Shown here in pieces: positions 48,304-62,361 of a stretch of 64,000 nt of DNA. The DNA is from Myxococcota bacterium (GTDB lineage Bacteria > Myxococcota_A > Polyangia > Nannocystales > Nannocystaceae), in the NCBI GenBank assembly GCA_039028615.1, contig JBCCHT010000012.1, positions 64,001 to 128,000 on the forward strand, given 5' to 3'. Positions within the stretch are counted from its first letter, which is position 1; each line of letters starts with the position of its first letter. A model generated the notes under the pieces. The model had not been told where the DNA came from. It was given only the letters and a program-made list of their open reading frames with translations, and made no database searches. The translations under genes and the position numbers were made by a program.

Positions 48304-50424
48304 TCAGCCGGGGGAGAACGAGAAGGGGTAGGTGACCATCGCGCTTCCGCCCGACGACGGCTTGGGGAACTTCCAGCGCTTGACCGACTTGGCCACGCAG
48401 CGCCCGACGTTCGCGTCGCCGAGGGTGCTCTCGGTGACGGCCGCCGTGGGCACCGTGCCCCGAGGACCGATGGTGAACATCACCGCGACGCGACCGCGGA
48501 GGTTGGGGTCCTTGGCCAGCCCCTGGTTGTAGCAGTGACGCACCTCGTTGTGATGGTTGCGAACGATCCGGCGGATGATGTCCTTGTCGATGACACCGCT
48601 GATCTTGGCCTTGCCGCGACGGATCTTGGGGGCGCGCTTGGTCTTGCCACCAAACCCGATGCCGCTGCCTCGACCGTAGCCGGCGAGCCCGCCACCGCCA
48701 CCACCGCGACCGATGGTGCCGACCTGGCCCAAGCCGATGGTGCCTTCACCGTTGCCACCGCCACCGCGGCCCGTGCCGATGACTCCCATCCCGCCGACGC
48801 CGAACGCCGTGCCGACTTCGGTGCCCGTGAGGCCACCCCAGATGTCGTCTTCGTCGTTACCCGAGGCGATCGAGCCATAGGGCGACGCGATGAAGTGGCC
48901 GCTGTTGCTCTCCATCATGCCCAGGATGCCCGCCTGTCGAGCGGCCATCTCGGGGTCGAAGTCCCGGGCCATGGTGGGCATGGCGTTCTTGGGACCCTTG
49001 ATGGCGTACAGACCGGACTTGGTCTCGGCCGAGGGCTTGCCCATCTTGCCTTCGTCACCCGCGTGGCGCTTGCCTTCGCCGCCCTTGTCGTCGGCGACCT
49101 CGGTGGGCACGATTTCCTCTTCGGGCTCGGGCTCGGGCGTGAGGTCGGGCTGGTTCATGTAGCCGACGTAGCGGTTCTCGGCGGTGAGCTCGTCGACGCT
49201 CATCGACAGCGCGTCCTCGGGGATGAGGTGCACCAGCGCGAGCAAGCCGCCCAACACGCCGAAGGACGCCGCGTTGTAGGCCCAGAAGGGCTTGTCGGTC
49301 TCGCTACGCCCCGCCATCGCGCGCCCCTTGGGCACCGACGAGATCTGGTAGCTGACGCCCGCGTGCTCGACTCGAGCCTTGGCTCCGCTGGGCAGCGGGA
49401 AGGCATACGACGAGCCCGCCATGCCCGCCCGACCCGAGCTCGCGAGCTCGGCCAGGTCCATGCGCTGACCACCGATGGTGACCTCGCCCTTCATCTCGGG
49501 AGTGAAGCGCAGCAGGTAGTCGTCGCCGTGACGGCTCACCAGGGCAAAGGCCTCGTCGCTGCCCGGCAGGCCCTCGGTGGGCACATGGAAGGTGGCGTCG
49601 TGGGTCTCGCCCAGCGTGTACTTCTCGAGGCCGACGTCGTCGCGACGCGCCATGCCGAGGCCGAAGGGCACCAAGCCGAGCAGCGCCAGGCCGATGCCGA
49701 GCCCGCCGAGCCCGGTGCCGGGAGCCTCGGGCGCAGCCCGACCGAGCGTCGCCGCTTCGTCGCGCGCCGCCTGGTACGACTCCCAGTCCTGGTTGACCTC
49801 GTTGGCCAGCACGCCCGCGCCGGCCAGCAACATCATCGCACCCACGGCAAACATCGCGGGAGCCTGCCGACGGCGGTTGCGAACCTGGCCGACGTGCCGC
49901 ACGTCGAGCACGGTGCCGCCGTAGCTCGCGATGACCTCGGCCACGTGGTGCTCGGAGTCCTCGACCTCATCCAAGGAGACGGGCAAGGTCGCACGCGGAG
50001 CCACCGTGGTCGGAGGCGCGGCCGCAGGCATGGCGGGCGCCGCTGCGATCGACGACATCTCGACCCGAGGCGCCGCGGTGGCACCGAAGGGTGCCTGCGC
50101 CGCCGTCATCACCGTGGCCGCGGGACCGATCGACTTCACCTCGAGGCGATAGGGACCCACCGTGAGGCTGTCACCCACGCTCATGGCCGCGCTCTTCTCG
50201 ACGCGCCGCCCGTTGATGGAAGTCCCGGTGGCGCTGCCCAAGTCGACGAGGCGAAGGTCGGAGTCGGTCACTTCGAGCACGGCGTGCATTCGCGCCACCG
50301 AGTCGTCTTCGAGGAACAAGTCGCTGCTGCGGAGCTTGCCGATCTTGATGACGTCACGGGTCAGAGAGGTGCTGCCTACCAGCTGCTCGTTCTTGAAAAT
50401 CTCGAGGTCGATCGTGCGGGACAT
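48304..50424 (-). CDS. FHA-domain / TonB-C protein, GltG (adventurous gliding)-like
   Basis: IKIGK..VARMHAVLE..DLGSATGT FHA; TM helices; Gly-rich linker; IRRIVR..CY..WKFPKP..YPFSF. Confidence 0.85.
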   Translation of the reverse strand: MSRTIDLEIFKNEQLVGSTSLTRDVIKIGKLRSSDLFLEDDSVARMHAVLEVTDSDLRLVDLGSATGTSINGRRVEKSAAMSVGDSLTVGPYRLEVKSIGPAATVMTAAQAPFGATAAPRVEMSSIAAAPAMPAAAPPTTVAPRATLPVSLDEVEDSEHHVAEVIASYGGTVLDVRHVGQVRNRRRQAPAMFAVGAMMLLAGAGVLANEVNQDWESYQAARDEAATLGRAAPEAPGTGLGGLGIGLALLGLVPFGLGMARRDDVGLEKYTLGETHDATFHVPTEGLPGSDEAFALVSRHGDDYLLRFTPEMKGEVTIGGQRMDLAELASSGRAGMAGSSYAFPLPSGAKARVEHAGVSYQISSVPKGRAMAGRSETDKPFWAYNAASFGVLGGLLALVHLIPEDALSMSVDELTAENRYVGYMNQPDLTPEPEPEEEIVPTEVADDKGGEGKRHAGDEGKMGKPSAETKSGLYAIKGPKNAMPTMARDFDPEMAARQAGILGMMESNSGHFIASPYGSIASGNDEDDIWGGLTGTEVGTAFGVGGMGVIGTGRGGGGNGEGTIGLGQVGTIGRGGGGGGLAGYGRGSGIGFGGKTKRAPKIRRGKAKISGVIDKDIIRRIVRNHHNEVRHCYNQGLAKDPNLRGRVAVMFTIGPRGTVPTAAVTESTLGDANVGRCVAKSVKRWKFPKPSSGGSAMVTYPFSFSPG

Positions 50425-50958
50425 GATGCGGGTCTTCCTTGCGGTGCTCGGTCGACATGACATCGACCTGCGCAATGGGTTCCGCCCAACGAGCGCGCGT
50501 CCTCGTCCGCATCGACAACCGCATGCAAACCCGGGCTGCGCTGCCGATTTTCGAGGCCGCGATCATTTTCGAAAATCAAGGCGGAACTTGTTCCGCCCTT
50601 CGTTGTCATACCGCAGCCAGCCCCCGTCTCGACGGCGCCCGTCGCCATCGACTCCGGCCGGCCAAATGGCTCTCAAAGCCTCGAATTCGCCCGATTCGGA
50701 GCGATCTCGACAAACCGGGAACACGGCCGAACGCCGACCTCTCGAGGGTCTGTCGATGTCGCACCCGCGACCAACGCTGGAGCGAACGAAAAAAGACGCG
50801 ACGTCGTCGAACCCCGCGAGCGAGTTTCTGACACCCACGGGCTGGAGCTCACCGCGATGGCGAACACGCCGTCGCAACGAAGTCGCGAGCAGAAAGACAA
50901 CGACCCCCGATCGCTCACTGCGACCGGGGGTCCATGGATTCGAAGCGAAGCGTCGCGA

Positions 50959-52035
50959 TCAGGCAGCGCGCTCTTTGTCGAGCCCGCTGAGGATGGCGTC
51001 GGTCATCGCGTCGGTGCCCAGCGAGCCTCCGATGTCCGCGGTCCGAGCCCCCGAGGCCAGCGCGGCATCGATGGCCGACTCGACCGCGGTGGCCTCCGCC
51101 TCGAGCCCCAAAGAGTGACGCAGCAACATGGCCAGGCTGGCGATGGTGCCCACCGGGTTGGCCACGCCCTTGCCCGCGATGTCTGGCGCCGAGCCATGAA
51201 TGGGCTCGTAGAGCCCGCGCTTGCCCGCCCCCAGCGAGGCGCTCGGCAACAGACCCAGCGAACCCGAGAGCACGGAGGCCTCGTCGGTCAGGATGTCCCC
51301 GAACATGTTCTCGGTGACCATCACGTCGAAGTCGGCGGGGCTGGTCACCAGCCGCATGGCGGTGGCGTCGACCAGCTGGTGCTCCATCTCGACCTTTGGG
51401 AAGTCGCGGTGGACCTCGGTGGCCACTTGCCGCCACAGCCGCGACGACTCGAGCACGTTGGCCTTGTCGACCGAGGTGACCTTGCCGCGGCGACCGCCCG
51501 CGAGCTCACACGCCAAGCGAACGACCCGCTGGATCTCCACGTCGGTGTACTCGAGCGTGTCGACGGCTCGGGTCACGCCTTCTTCCCAGGTACGGAAGCG
51601 AGGCTGGCCGAAGTAGAGGCCTCCGGTCAGCTCGCGCACGACGAGCAGGTCCACGCCTTCGAGGCGCTCGGGACGGAGCGGCGAGGCACCGACCAGGCTG
51701 GGCCGCACCTTCACCGGTCGGAGGTTGGCGTACAGCTCGAGGCCCTTGCGTAGCCCGAGCAGCCCTTGCTCCGGCCGAACCTTGGCCGCCGGGTCATCCC
51801 ACTTGGGACCGCCCACCGCCCCCAACAAAATGGCGTCGGCCTCGGCACATGCGGCCAGGGTTGGCTCGGGCAGTGGTTGCCCGGTGGCGTCGATCGCCGC
51901 CCCGCCGATGATCTGGGTGCTGCAGTCGAAGCGGTGACCGAAGCGAGAGCCGATGGCATCGAGGACACGGCGGGCCGCGGCCACGATCTCGGGACCGATG
52001 CCATCGCCGGGTAGCAGTACGAGTGAAAAATTCAT
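50959..52035 (-). CDS. leuB: 3-isopropylmalate dehydrogenase
   Basis: [44 protein letters not shown]. Confidence 0.97.
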   Translation of the reverse strand: MNFSLVLLPGDGIGPEIVAAARRVLDAIGSRFGHRFDCSTQIIGGAAIDATGQPLPEPTLAACAEADAILLGAVGGPKWDDPAAKVRPEQGLLGLRKGLELYANLRPVKVRPSLVGASPLRPERLEGVDLLVVRELTGGLYFGQPRFRTWEEGVTRAVDTLEYTDVEIQRVVRLACELAGGRRGKVTSVDKANVLESSRLWRQVATEVHRDFPKVEMEHQLVDATAMRLVTSPADFDVMVTENMFGDILTDEASVLSGSLGLLPSASLGAGKRGLYEPIHGSAPDIAGKGVANPVGTIASLAMLLRHSLGLEAEATAVESAIDAALASGARTADIGGSLGTDAMTDAILSGLDKERAA

Positions 52036-52047
52036 GGGAGTCTCCGC

Positions 52048-52677
52048 TCAGGGAGCGGCCGTAGCCGGGATCTCGGTGAGGGTGGAAAAGGGCGCGCTGC
52101 GTTGCTCGTGGGCGATCACGGCGTCTTGGAAGCGCTGTAGATACCCCAGCTCGTCGAGTCCTTCGAGCAGGCACCGTTGCGCAAACGCATCGAGCTCGAA
52201 GCGCGCGGTGGGGCCGCCCGGGACGTGCAGGAAGCGCTCGGCGACGTCGACCTCGAGCTGCGTCTCGGGCTCCTGCTCGAGATGCGCCACGAGGGCACGG
52301 TGCAGCGCGGGGTCGAGCGCGACGGGCAGCAGGCCGTTCTTGAGCGCGTTGTTGCGGAAGATGTCGGCGAACGACAGCGCCACCACCACGCGAATGCCCC
52401 AGTCCACGAGCGCCCAGGGAGCATGCTCGCGCGAGGACCCACAGCCGAAGTTGCGACCCGCCACCAGGATGCTGCGCCCCTGGGACGCGGGTTGGTTGAG
52501 CACGAAGTCGGGCCGCGGCTCGCCTTGCTTGTCGTAGCGCCAGTCGTTGAAGAGCTGACGACCCAGCCCCTTCTTGACCGTCGTGGTCAAGAAGCGAGCG
52601 GGGATGATCTGGTCGGTATCGACGTCGTCGGCGTCCAGGACGATGGCGGCCGAGCGAAGATCTCGAAAGGGTTTCAT
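52048..52677 (-). CDS. leuD: 3-isopropylmalate dehydratase small subunit
   Basis: VDTDQIIPARFL, NFGCGSSREHAPW, FADIFRNN. Confidence 0.97.
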   Translation of the reverse strand: MKPFRDLRSAAIVLDADDVDTDQIIPARFLTTTVKKGLGRQLFNDWRYDKQGEPRPDFVLNQPASQGRSILVAGRNFGCGSSREHAPWALVDWGIRVVVALSFADIFRNNALKNGLLPVALDPALHRALVAHLEQEPETQLEVDVAERFLHVPGGPTARFELDAFAQRCLLEGLDELGYLQRFQDAVIAHEQRSAPFSTLTEIPATAAP

Positions 52678-52690
52678 CGGTGTGTTCCTG

Positions 52691-54087
52691 TCAAAGGAGG
52701 GCTCGTACGTCGGCGACGCAGCCCGAGACGGCCGAGGCGGCCGCGGTCAAGGGAGACGCGAGGAAGGTGCGCCCACCCGGGCCTTGGCGGCCCTCGAAGT
52801 TGCGGTTGCTGGTGCTCACGGCGTACTGGCCCGGCCGCAGCCGGTCGCCGTTCATCGCGATGCACATCGAGCATCCAGGGCTGCGCCACTCGGCGCCGGC
52901 GTCGGTGAAGATTCGATCGAGCCCCTCGGCTTCGGCTTCGGCCTTCACCGCGGCCGAGCCGGGTACGACGATGGCCTGCACGCCGGGGTTGACCCGGCGC
53001 CCCCGCATGACGGTGGCCGCCTCGCGCAGGTCGGAGATCCGCGCGTTGGTGCACGAACCGATGAACACCACCTCGATGGGCTTGCCGAGGATCGGCCGGC
53101 CCGGCTCAAGATCCATGTAGCGCAGCGCCTTGTCGAGGGCCTCGCGCTGGGCGGTGTCGTCGGCGTCGGTGGGCTGCGGCACGGCGGCGGTGACCGGGAT
53201 GCCCATGCCGGGGTGGGTGCCGTAGGTGATCATCGGCTCGAGCGCGGAGACGTCGAGCGAGATGCTGCGATCGTAGCGAGCCCCCTCGTCGGTGGGCAGC
53301 GCGCGCCAGCGCTCGAGCGCCGCGTCCCACTGCTCGCCCTTGGGCGCGAAGGGCCGCCCCGCGAGGTACTCGAAGGTGGTGTCGTCGGGCGCCACCATGC
53401 CCGCACGCGCCCCCGCCTCGATCGACATGTTGGCGATCGTCATGCGGGACTCCATGGACAGCGACGAGATGCCCGCGCCGCGATACTCGATGACGTGACC
53501 GGTGCCCACGCCGACGCCGTGCCGCGCGATCAGGGCGAGGATGATGTCCTTGGCCCCGACGCCGGAGGGCACCGTGCCCTCGAGGCGGACCTCGAGCGAC
53601 TTGGGCTTGCGCTGCAGCAAGCTCTGCGTGGCGAGCACGTGCTCGACCTCGCTGGTGCCGATGCCGAAGGCCAGCGCACCGAAGGCCCCGTGGGTCGCGG
53701 TGTGGCTGTCACCGCACACGATGGTCATGCCCGGCTGGGTCAGCCCCAGCTCGGGGCCGATGACGTGCACGATGCCGTTGTGGTCGGAGCCCATGCCAAA
53801 CAGGCGAATGCCGTGCTGGATGCAGTTGGCCTCGAGCTGCGTCAGCTGCCGCCACGCCGCGGGGGCCGGCTTGGCCTTGGCCGCGGTGGGCGTGGAGTGA
53901 TCCATGGTCGCGATGGTGCGATCGGGGCGACGCACGGGCAGGCCGCGGGCCTTGAGCCCGGCGAAGGCCTGTGGCGAGGTCACCTCGTGGATCAGGTGCA
54001 GGTCGACGTACAGCACACTGGGGCACTGCTCTTCGGTGGCGACGACGTGGTCGTCCCAGACCTTTTCGAACAGGGTGCGGGGGGCGT

Positions 54088-54091
<4 letters not shown>
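52691..54091 (-). CDS. leuC: 3-isopropylmalate dehydratase large subunit
   Basis: [35 protein letters not shown]. Confidence 0.97.
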
Positions 54092-55313
<1,222 letters not shown>

Positions 55314-55320
<7 letters not shown>

Positions 55321-55595
55321 GCTACTGGCTCCGGCGCTCGTACCTTGGGTACCGACTCGGCGGGGGCGAACACGTCGCGCACCTCGTGAAGCTTGCGAAG
55401 ATGACGCTTGAGCACTTGCACGGAGCGAGGCATGCCCTTCGTCTCCACGTTCAGTGCGACATTGAGCGTTCCTGCCTCGCGACCCGGACGGGTGGCGATG
55501 CCCAGGGGCATGAAGCCCCGGCGCTCAATGAGCCCCAGCATTCGCACGAGGGCGCCTTCACGGAGATCGACCACGATTTCAATGGTGTGGGACAT
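55314..55595 (-). CDS. ilvM: Acetolactate synthase small subunit (IlvM-like ACT domain)
   Basis: [27 protein letters not shown]; follows ilvG. Confidence 0.8.
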
Positions 55596-55657
55596 GGCTT
55601 GTTTCGCTTTCGCTGTTCGTCGCTGCGTTCAAAGAGGAAGAAGAAAAATGGATGAGC

Positions 55658-57307
55658 TCAGGCGCCGTCGAGCATGACGGCGTTGGAGGCCCCGGGCGGC
55701 ACCAAGGGCCAGACCTGGGCAGTAGAGTCGATGCGCACGTGGGCCAGCACGGGGCCCTCGGTGGCGAAGAGACGCTCGATCGCATCGGGGACCTCGTCCG
55801 CCGTATCGACGGCGAAGGCCTCGATGCCCATCGATCGGGCGACCGCGGCGAAGTCCGGGTTGTCGGACAGGTCGACTTCGCTGCGGCGTTGGTCGTGGAA
55901 CAGGTCCTGCCACTGGCGCACGAGCCCCAGCATGGAGTTGTCGAGCAGGACGATCTTGATGGGCAGGTCGTAGCGCCGCATCGTGACCAACTCCTGGATG
56001 TTGATCATGATCGAGCCGTCGCCGGACACCGCCACGACCGCGGCATCCGGGCACGCGAGCTGAGCCCCGATGGCCGCGGGCAAGCCGTAGCCCATCGCCC
56101 CGAGCCCCGAGGAGCTCAGGTGCCGTGCGGGGTGATCGATGCGGCAGTGCTGCGCCGCCCACATCTGGTGCTGCCCCACGTCGCAAGTGACGATGAGGTC
56201 GTCGCCGCCCGCCATCGAGATCTCGCGGAGCAGGCGAGGGGCATGGATCGCGGGCCCGGGCGCGTCGTAGTGCACGCGGTGGGTCTGCTTGAGATCCTGG
56301 CAGTAACCCTGCCAACCCTCGATGTCCCCCGGCGACCCGAGCCGAGGCAAGGACGAGCGTAGGTCCCCCAGCACCGCCGCCTGGGCCTTGCGCAGCTTGC
56401 CGATCTCCGCCGCGTCGACGTCGAGGTGAATGACCGCGGCATCGGGCGCGAAGCCCTTGAGGTTGCCCGTCGCTCGGTCGTCGAAGCGTGCCCCCACGCA
56501 GATCAGCAGGTCACTGCCCTGCACCGCGAGGTTGGCCGCCTTGGTCCCGTGCATGCCCAGCATGCCCAGAAACTGCGGATGCTCGGTGGGCAAGGCGCCC
56601 AGCCCCTTGAGCGTGCCCACGGTGGGGATCCCCGTCCGCTCCGCGAAGTCCCGCAGCGGCTCGATCGCCCGGCCCAGGACGACCCCGCCACCGACGTAGA
56701 GCACCGGTCGCCGTGCCGCGGCCAGCAGCTCGTTGGCCTTGGCGATGGCCTCGGCCGTGGGCGCGGGCGGATCGACCGGCTCGGCCGAGAGCGCGGTCGG
56801 CCGAACCGTGACCTCGGCATTGGCCACGTCCTTGGGCAGGTCGATCAGCACCGGGCCGGGGCGACCGCTGGCCGCGATCTGGAAGGCCTCGGTGACGATG
56901 CGAGGGATGTCGTCGGCGTCGCGCACCAGGAAGCTGTGCTTGACCACCGACATCGTCATTCCGAAGATGTCGACTTCCTGGAAGGCGTCGGTCCCCATGA
57001 CCGAGGTCGGCACCTGCCCCGTGATCACCACCATGGGCACCGAGTCGATGTACGCGTTGGCGATCCCGGTGATGAGGTTGGTCGCCCCGGGTCCCGAGGT
57101 GGCGATGCAGACCCCCACCCGCCCGTTGGCGCGGGCGTAGGCATCGGCCGCGAAGGCCGAGGCCTGTTCGTGGCGGGTCAGGATATGCCGCAACGAGCTG
57201 TCCACCAGCGCGTCGTAGACCGGCAAGATGGCGCCCCCCGGGTACCCGAAGACCAGGTCCACGCCGAGCGCTTCGAGGGTCTCGATCAGTGCTCGTGCAC
57301 CGTTCAC
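55658..57307 (-). CDS. ilvG: Acetolactate synthase large subunit (IlvG/IlvB)
   Basis: [38 protein letters not shown]. Confidence 0.9.
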   Translation of the reverse strand: MNGARALIETLEALGVDLVFGYPGGAILPVYDALVDSSLRHILTRHEQASAFAADAYARANGRVGVCIATSGPGATNLITGIANAYIDSVPMVVITGQVPTSVMGTDAFQEVDIFGMTMSVVKHSFLVRDADDIPRIVTEAFQIAASGRPGPVLIDLPKDVANAEVTVRPTALSAEPVDPPAPTAEAIAKANELLAAARRPVLYVGGGVVLGRAIEPLRDFAERTGIPTVGTLKGLGALPTEHPQFLGMLGMHGTKAANLAVQGSDLLICVGARFDDRATGNLKGFAPDAAVIHLDVDAAEIGKLRKAQAAVLGDLRSSLPRLGSPGDIEGWQGYCQDLKQTHRVHYDAPGPAIHAPRLLREISMAGGDDLIVTCDVGQHQMWAAQHCRIDHPARHLSSSGLGAMGYGLPAAIGAQLACPDAAVVAVSGDGSIMINIQELVTMRRYDLPIKIVLLDNSMLGLVRQWQDLFHDQRRSEVDLSDNPDFAAVARSMGIEAFAVDTADEVPDAIERLFATEGPVLAHVRIDSTAQVWPLVPPGASNAVMLDGA

Positions 57308-58317
57308 GAGGACCCCGGGGGTTGACGTTTATTCTCCAGCCAGGGCATCCGTGCGCGGAGTCGACGACCCACGTCCTCGATGGGGTGCTCGAGGTCTCGC
57401 GCCATCAGCCGGCGATAGCGAGGCCGGCCCGCTTGGTTCTCCAGGATCCACTCGCGGGCGAAGGTTCCGTTGCGGATCTCCTCGAGCACTTGGCCCATCT
57501 TCTGCTTGGCGTCGGCGTCCACCACCCGCGGGCCGCGGGTCAGATCGCCGTAGATGGCGGTCTCGCTGATGAACTCGTGCATCTTGCTCAGCCCGCCCTC
57601 GTGCAGCAGGTCGACGATGAGCTTGAGCTCGTGCAGGCACTCGAAGTAGGCGACCTCGGGTTGGTAACCGGCCTCGACCAGGGTCTCGAAGCCCCGCACC
57701 ACCAGCTCGCTGGCCCCGCCGCAGAGCACGGCTTGCTCACCGAACAGGTCGGTCTCGGTCTCCTCGGCGAAGGTGGTCTCGAGCACGCCCGCCCGGCCAC
57801 CACCGATGCCGCTGGCGTAGGCCAGCGCTCGCGCCCGACCGGAGCCCGTGGCGTCTTGCTCCACCGCGAACAGGCAGGGCACGCCGCGGCCTTCGGCGTA
57901 TTGGCGGCGCACCAGATCGCCGGGCCCCTTGGGCGCCACCAGCACCACGTCCACGTTGGGGGGCGGTTGGATCTGCCCGTAGTGCACGTTGAAGCCGTGG
58001 GCGAAGAGAATGGCCGCCCCTTCCTTGAGGTTGGGCTTGACCGAGTGCTCGAACACGGCCGGCTGGGCCATGTCGGGCACCAGCATCGCCACCAGGTCGG
58101 CCGAGGCCACCGCGTCGGCGGGGGTCATCAGATCCCAGCCGTCGGCGCCCGCCTTCTTCCACGAAGCCCCCTCGGGCCGCAGACCCACCACCGTATCGAC
58201 CCCCGAGTCGCGGAGGTTGAGCGCGTGTGCCCGCCCTTGGGATCCGTAGCCTACGACGGCTACTCGCTTGCCCTCGAGGGCAGAGTTGTCGACATCCTTA
58301 CCGGAGAACAGTTTCAT
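57304..58317 (-). CDS. ilvC: Ketol-acid reductoisomerase
   Basis: [28 protein letters not shown]. Confidence 0.97.
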   Translation of the reverse strand: MKLFSGKDVDNSALEGKRVAVVGYGSQGRAHALNLRDSGVDTVVGLRPEGASWKKAGADGWDLMTPADAVASADLVAMLVPDMAQPAVFEHSVKPNLKEGAAILFAHGFNVHYGQIQPPPNVDVVLVAPKGPGDLVRRQYAEGRGVPCLFAVEQDATGSGRARALAYASGIGGGRAGVLETTFAEETETDLFGEQAVLCGGASELVVRGFETLVEAGYQPEVAYFECLHELKLIVDLLHEGGLSKMHEFISETAIYGDLTRGPRVVDADAKQKMGQVLEEIRNGTFAREWILENQAGRPRYRRLMARDLEHPIEDVGRRLRARMPWLENKRQPPGSS

Positions 58318-58324
58318 CTTCGCG

Positions 58325-59995
<1,671 letters not shown>

Positions 59996-60018
59996 GACCC
60001 CGTCTCCCCCGTGGTCGC

Positions 60019-60882
60019 TCACCAACCGGCGCAGGGCTCGAAGCGCGCTTCGAGCGTGTCCAGCACCGCTTGCCCCATTTGCCCCGCCGGAGCTCGCTTC
60101 GCCCCCGGCAGCACGTCGTCCACCGCCTGGCGGATCGACTCGGCCAGCCCGTAGCGCGCCGCGCTGTACTCGAGCAGCATCGCGGCCGAGCGCATGGCCG
60201 CGATGAGCTTGGCTCCCACGCCGTCGCTGTTCACCGCCGCGGGGGCGTACATCGCCCCGCCCTGCCCCAGCCACGCCAGCGGACCACTGCGGCGCGGCGG
60301 CTCCCCGTCGATGGCCAGGTCGGTGACCACCACGTCGAGATCCGCCGGGTGCCCCTCGAGCCGCCTGAACAGCTTGGAGGGGTTGTGGCTCTCGACGCAG
60401 ACCTTGGGGAAGCGCGGCGTCAGGTCGGCCAGCACCTCGGCCCAGATCTCCTCGCGCTGCGGCACGGGAGAGGCGGCGTAGGCCAGCGTCCGCTCGCGTC
60501 GCTCCGCGATATGAAAGGCTTGTTCCACCGTTCGACGCAGGCGCATCGGGGTGGCCCCGGGCGTGCCGCGGACCACCACGACGTCTTGCCCCGCCGCCTT
60601 CGGTTGGTGTTGCACCGTCGCAAACACCCCCAGCGACTCGCGCAGCGCGGAGAAGCGACGGGCCATCACCGGCTCCCAGCTGCCCAGCAAAACCGCGTCG
60701 GCGTGCAAGGCCGCCGCACAGACCGAGTCGGGCACGCGCCCGGTGGCATCGAGGTCGACGCTTCGCACCTCGAGGCCCAAGGGACCCGCATCGGCGGCCC
60801 AACGAAAGACCGAGATGGCTTCGTCCACGACCTCGGAATCGCGAGTCGCACAGTTGATTACGAGGATGTTTAGTGTCGTCAT
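60019..60882 (-). CDS. Degenerate isopropylmalate/isocitrate dehydrogenase-family protein (pseudoenzyme)
   Basis: Colinear with LeuB ([43 protein letters not shown]) but active-site motifs lost; GGAG RBS. Confidence 0.75.
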   Translation of the reverse strand: MTTLNILVINCATRDSEVVDEAISVFRWAADAGPLGLEVRSVDLDATGRVPDSVCAAALHADAVLLGSWEPVMARRFSALRESLGVFATVQHQPKAAGQDVVVVRGTPGATPMRLRRTVEQAFHIAERRERTLAYAASPVPQREEIWAEVLADLTPRFPKVCVESHNPSKLFRRLEGHPADLDVVVTDLAIDGEPPRRSGPLAWLGQGGAMYAPAAVNSDGVGAKLIAAMRSAAMLLEYSAARYGLAESIRQAVDDVLPGAKRAPAGQMGQAVLDTLEARFEPCAGW

Positions 60883-61004
60883 CGGTGAATCACTCCGTGA
60901 AGAGGGCGCACGAGCCCCTTCGTGGCCGCGGTTCGTTCGAAACCGTGGCCGCGCCATCTCGGTGGCAGTACTTGCCTTGAGGAGCCAAAGCGCCTCAACG
61001 CATG

Positions 61005-61073
61005 AAAAAACCCCGCTCCGGGTCTCGGGCGGGGTCCTGTGTACCGTTTCCGGTGTTTTGGCTCAGGACCCCG
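61005..61073 (-). terminator. Attenuator: intrinsic terminator with overlapping antiterminator
   Basis: ACCCCGCCCG-AGACC-CGGAGCGGGGT-TTTTT; CGGGGTCCTG (61073-61064) can pair with CAGGACCCCG (61039-61030). Confidence 0.88.
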
Positions 61074-61200
61074 TTGGCACTCCAATGATTAGAAGGACCA
61101 CAAGTAGAAGCTCGACTACCGAAACCACGCCCGCTACGACGACGAAGCGACCGAACTGGTTGCTCGTGGCGAAGGGCAGGCTGGGAAGAGCATCGACCAT
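61063..61200 (-). CDS. ilv-leu operon leader peptide (45 aa)
   Basis: MVDALPSLPFATSNQFGRFVVVAGVVSVVELLLVVLLIIGVPTGS*; 17 of 22 codons (20-41) are V/L/I. Confidence 0.88.
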   Translation of the reverse strand: MVDALPSLPFATSNQFGRFVVVAGVVSVVELLLVVLLIIGVPTGS

Positions 61201-61211
61201 GCTTGATGGTC

Positions 61212-61240
61212 ACCATGAACGAGCGCTCAAATCCTGTCAA
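61212..61240 (-). promoter_or_regulatory. Putative sigma70 promoter of the ilv-leu leader
   Basis: TTGACA-N17-CATGGT, ending 11 nt before the leader ATG. Confidence 0.6.
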
Positions 61241-61626
61241 CGAGTGTCGCAATAAAAAACTGTATCGAAGAAGAAATAGCCATCGATGTTGGTGAGCGGC
61301 ACCTTTTGTTCGTGAATGGACCCCTTCCAATGGCTCTTTCCGCTTCGCGGAATGACTGGTTCGGAACGGAACCGAACGTGCCGAATTCATGCGCAGAAGG
61401 CTTCGCACGGCCAACTGGTGCTTTTTCCGACAATCCACGGGACAAATCTTCGGAAGCGAAAAAGCAGAAAACGATTCACGTTGGTTTGCCCAGACAGTCC
61501 AGTAAAAGAGACACCAAATCGTCACTCGAAGTCGCAGTGATTCGCGCTCATCGATTGATCGATCATCCAATGAAAAACGCCAGAGCATGTGCCCTGGCGT
61601 CTTCGTTTCGGCGTCCGATTCGGAGG

Positions 61627-62361
61627 CTAGAACCGGTACTCGACGGTCAGCGGCATGACCTCGAAACCGAGGAGGAATGCGCCGCTGCGCTCCTCCGCGC
61701 CGGCCAGCTGGGCGTCGGTGTGAATGAGGAACCCGAAGGGAATGTTGAAGTCCATGCCCACGCCGAGCTGGTCGAGCACGAAGATGCGGATACCGCCACC
61801 CGGCCGGAGGTTCAGGGTCCACGAACGGATGCGGCTCTGCTCGCGACCACCCGACACCCGGGGATAGGCCCACCACGCGAAGCCCAGCGAGCCCCGCACG
61901 AAGGGCACCAGCCAGGGTCGGTCCTTGAGCGAGAAGCGGTAGCTGTAGCCGGCGTAGACGTCCCAGCCGACCACGCTACCCGCGGAGCAGCTGAACTCGG
62001 CGGGGTCGCAGGAGTCGAGCCGGAAGTTCTCCCAGTCGCCGCGGTCGACGAGGAAGCTGACCCCGCCGTGGACCCAGTGCTGATAGAGATTGGCCGACAG
62101 CCAGCGGTCGTACTGGAAGCTGAACTTGGCCCGGGGCAGGTAGCCGACGGCCCCGATCTGAAAGGGCGCGACGAAGGTCAGGGCGTTGCCACCCACCACT
62201 CGCTCGGGCCAGTCGAAGTTGCCTCCGCTCGACGAGCCACTCGCACCTCCATTGGTGCTGATCTGTCCGCTGGCGGCGGGAGCAGCCTTCGCATCGCGGG
62301 GCAGAGCCACCACGGTGAGCAGAGCGACGACGAGCGGGGCGAGGAAGCGCAATCCGAACAT
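61627..62361 (-). CDS. Hypothetical exported outer-membrane beta-barrel-like protein
   Basis: Signal ending AKA; amphipathic aromatic strands; C-terminal VEYRF. Confidence 0.65.
   Translation of the reverse strand: MFGLRFLAPLVVALLTVVALPRDAKAAPAASGQISTNGGASGSSSGGNFDWPERVVGGNALTFVAPFQIGAVGYLPRAKFSFQYDRWLSANLYQHWVHGGVSFLVDRGDWENFRLDSCDPAEFSCSAGSVVGWDVYAGYSYRFSLKDRPWLVPFVRGSLGFAWWAYPRVSGGREQSRIRSWTLNLRPGGGIRIFVLDQLGVGMDFNIPFGFLIHTDAQLAGAEERSGAFLLGFEVMPLTVEYRF

Noticed and set aside
50565..50576. Palindrome ATTTTCGAAAAT upstream of the GltG-like gene
   Set aside because: Short, single and unassignable; could be chance.
61063..61200. Leader ORF as a small membrane protein or toxin
   Set aside because: Its hydrophobicity is explained by V/L/I control codons; the rare codons and overlap with the antiterminator favour an attenuator peptide.
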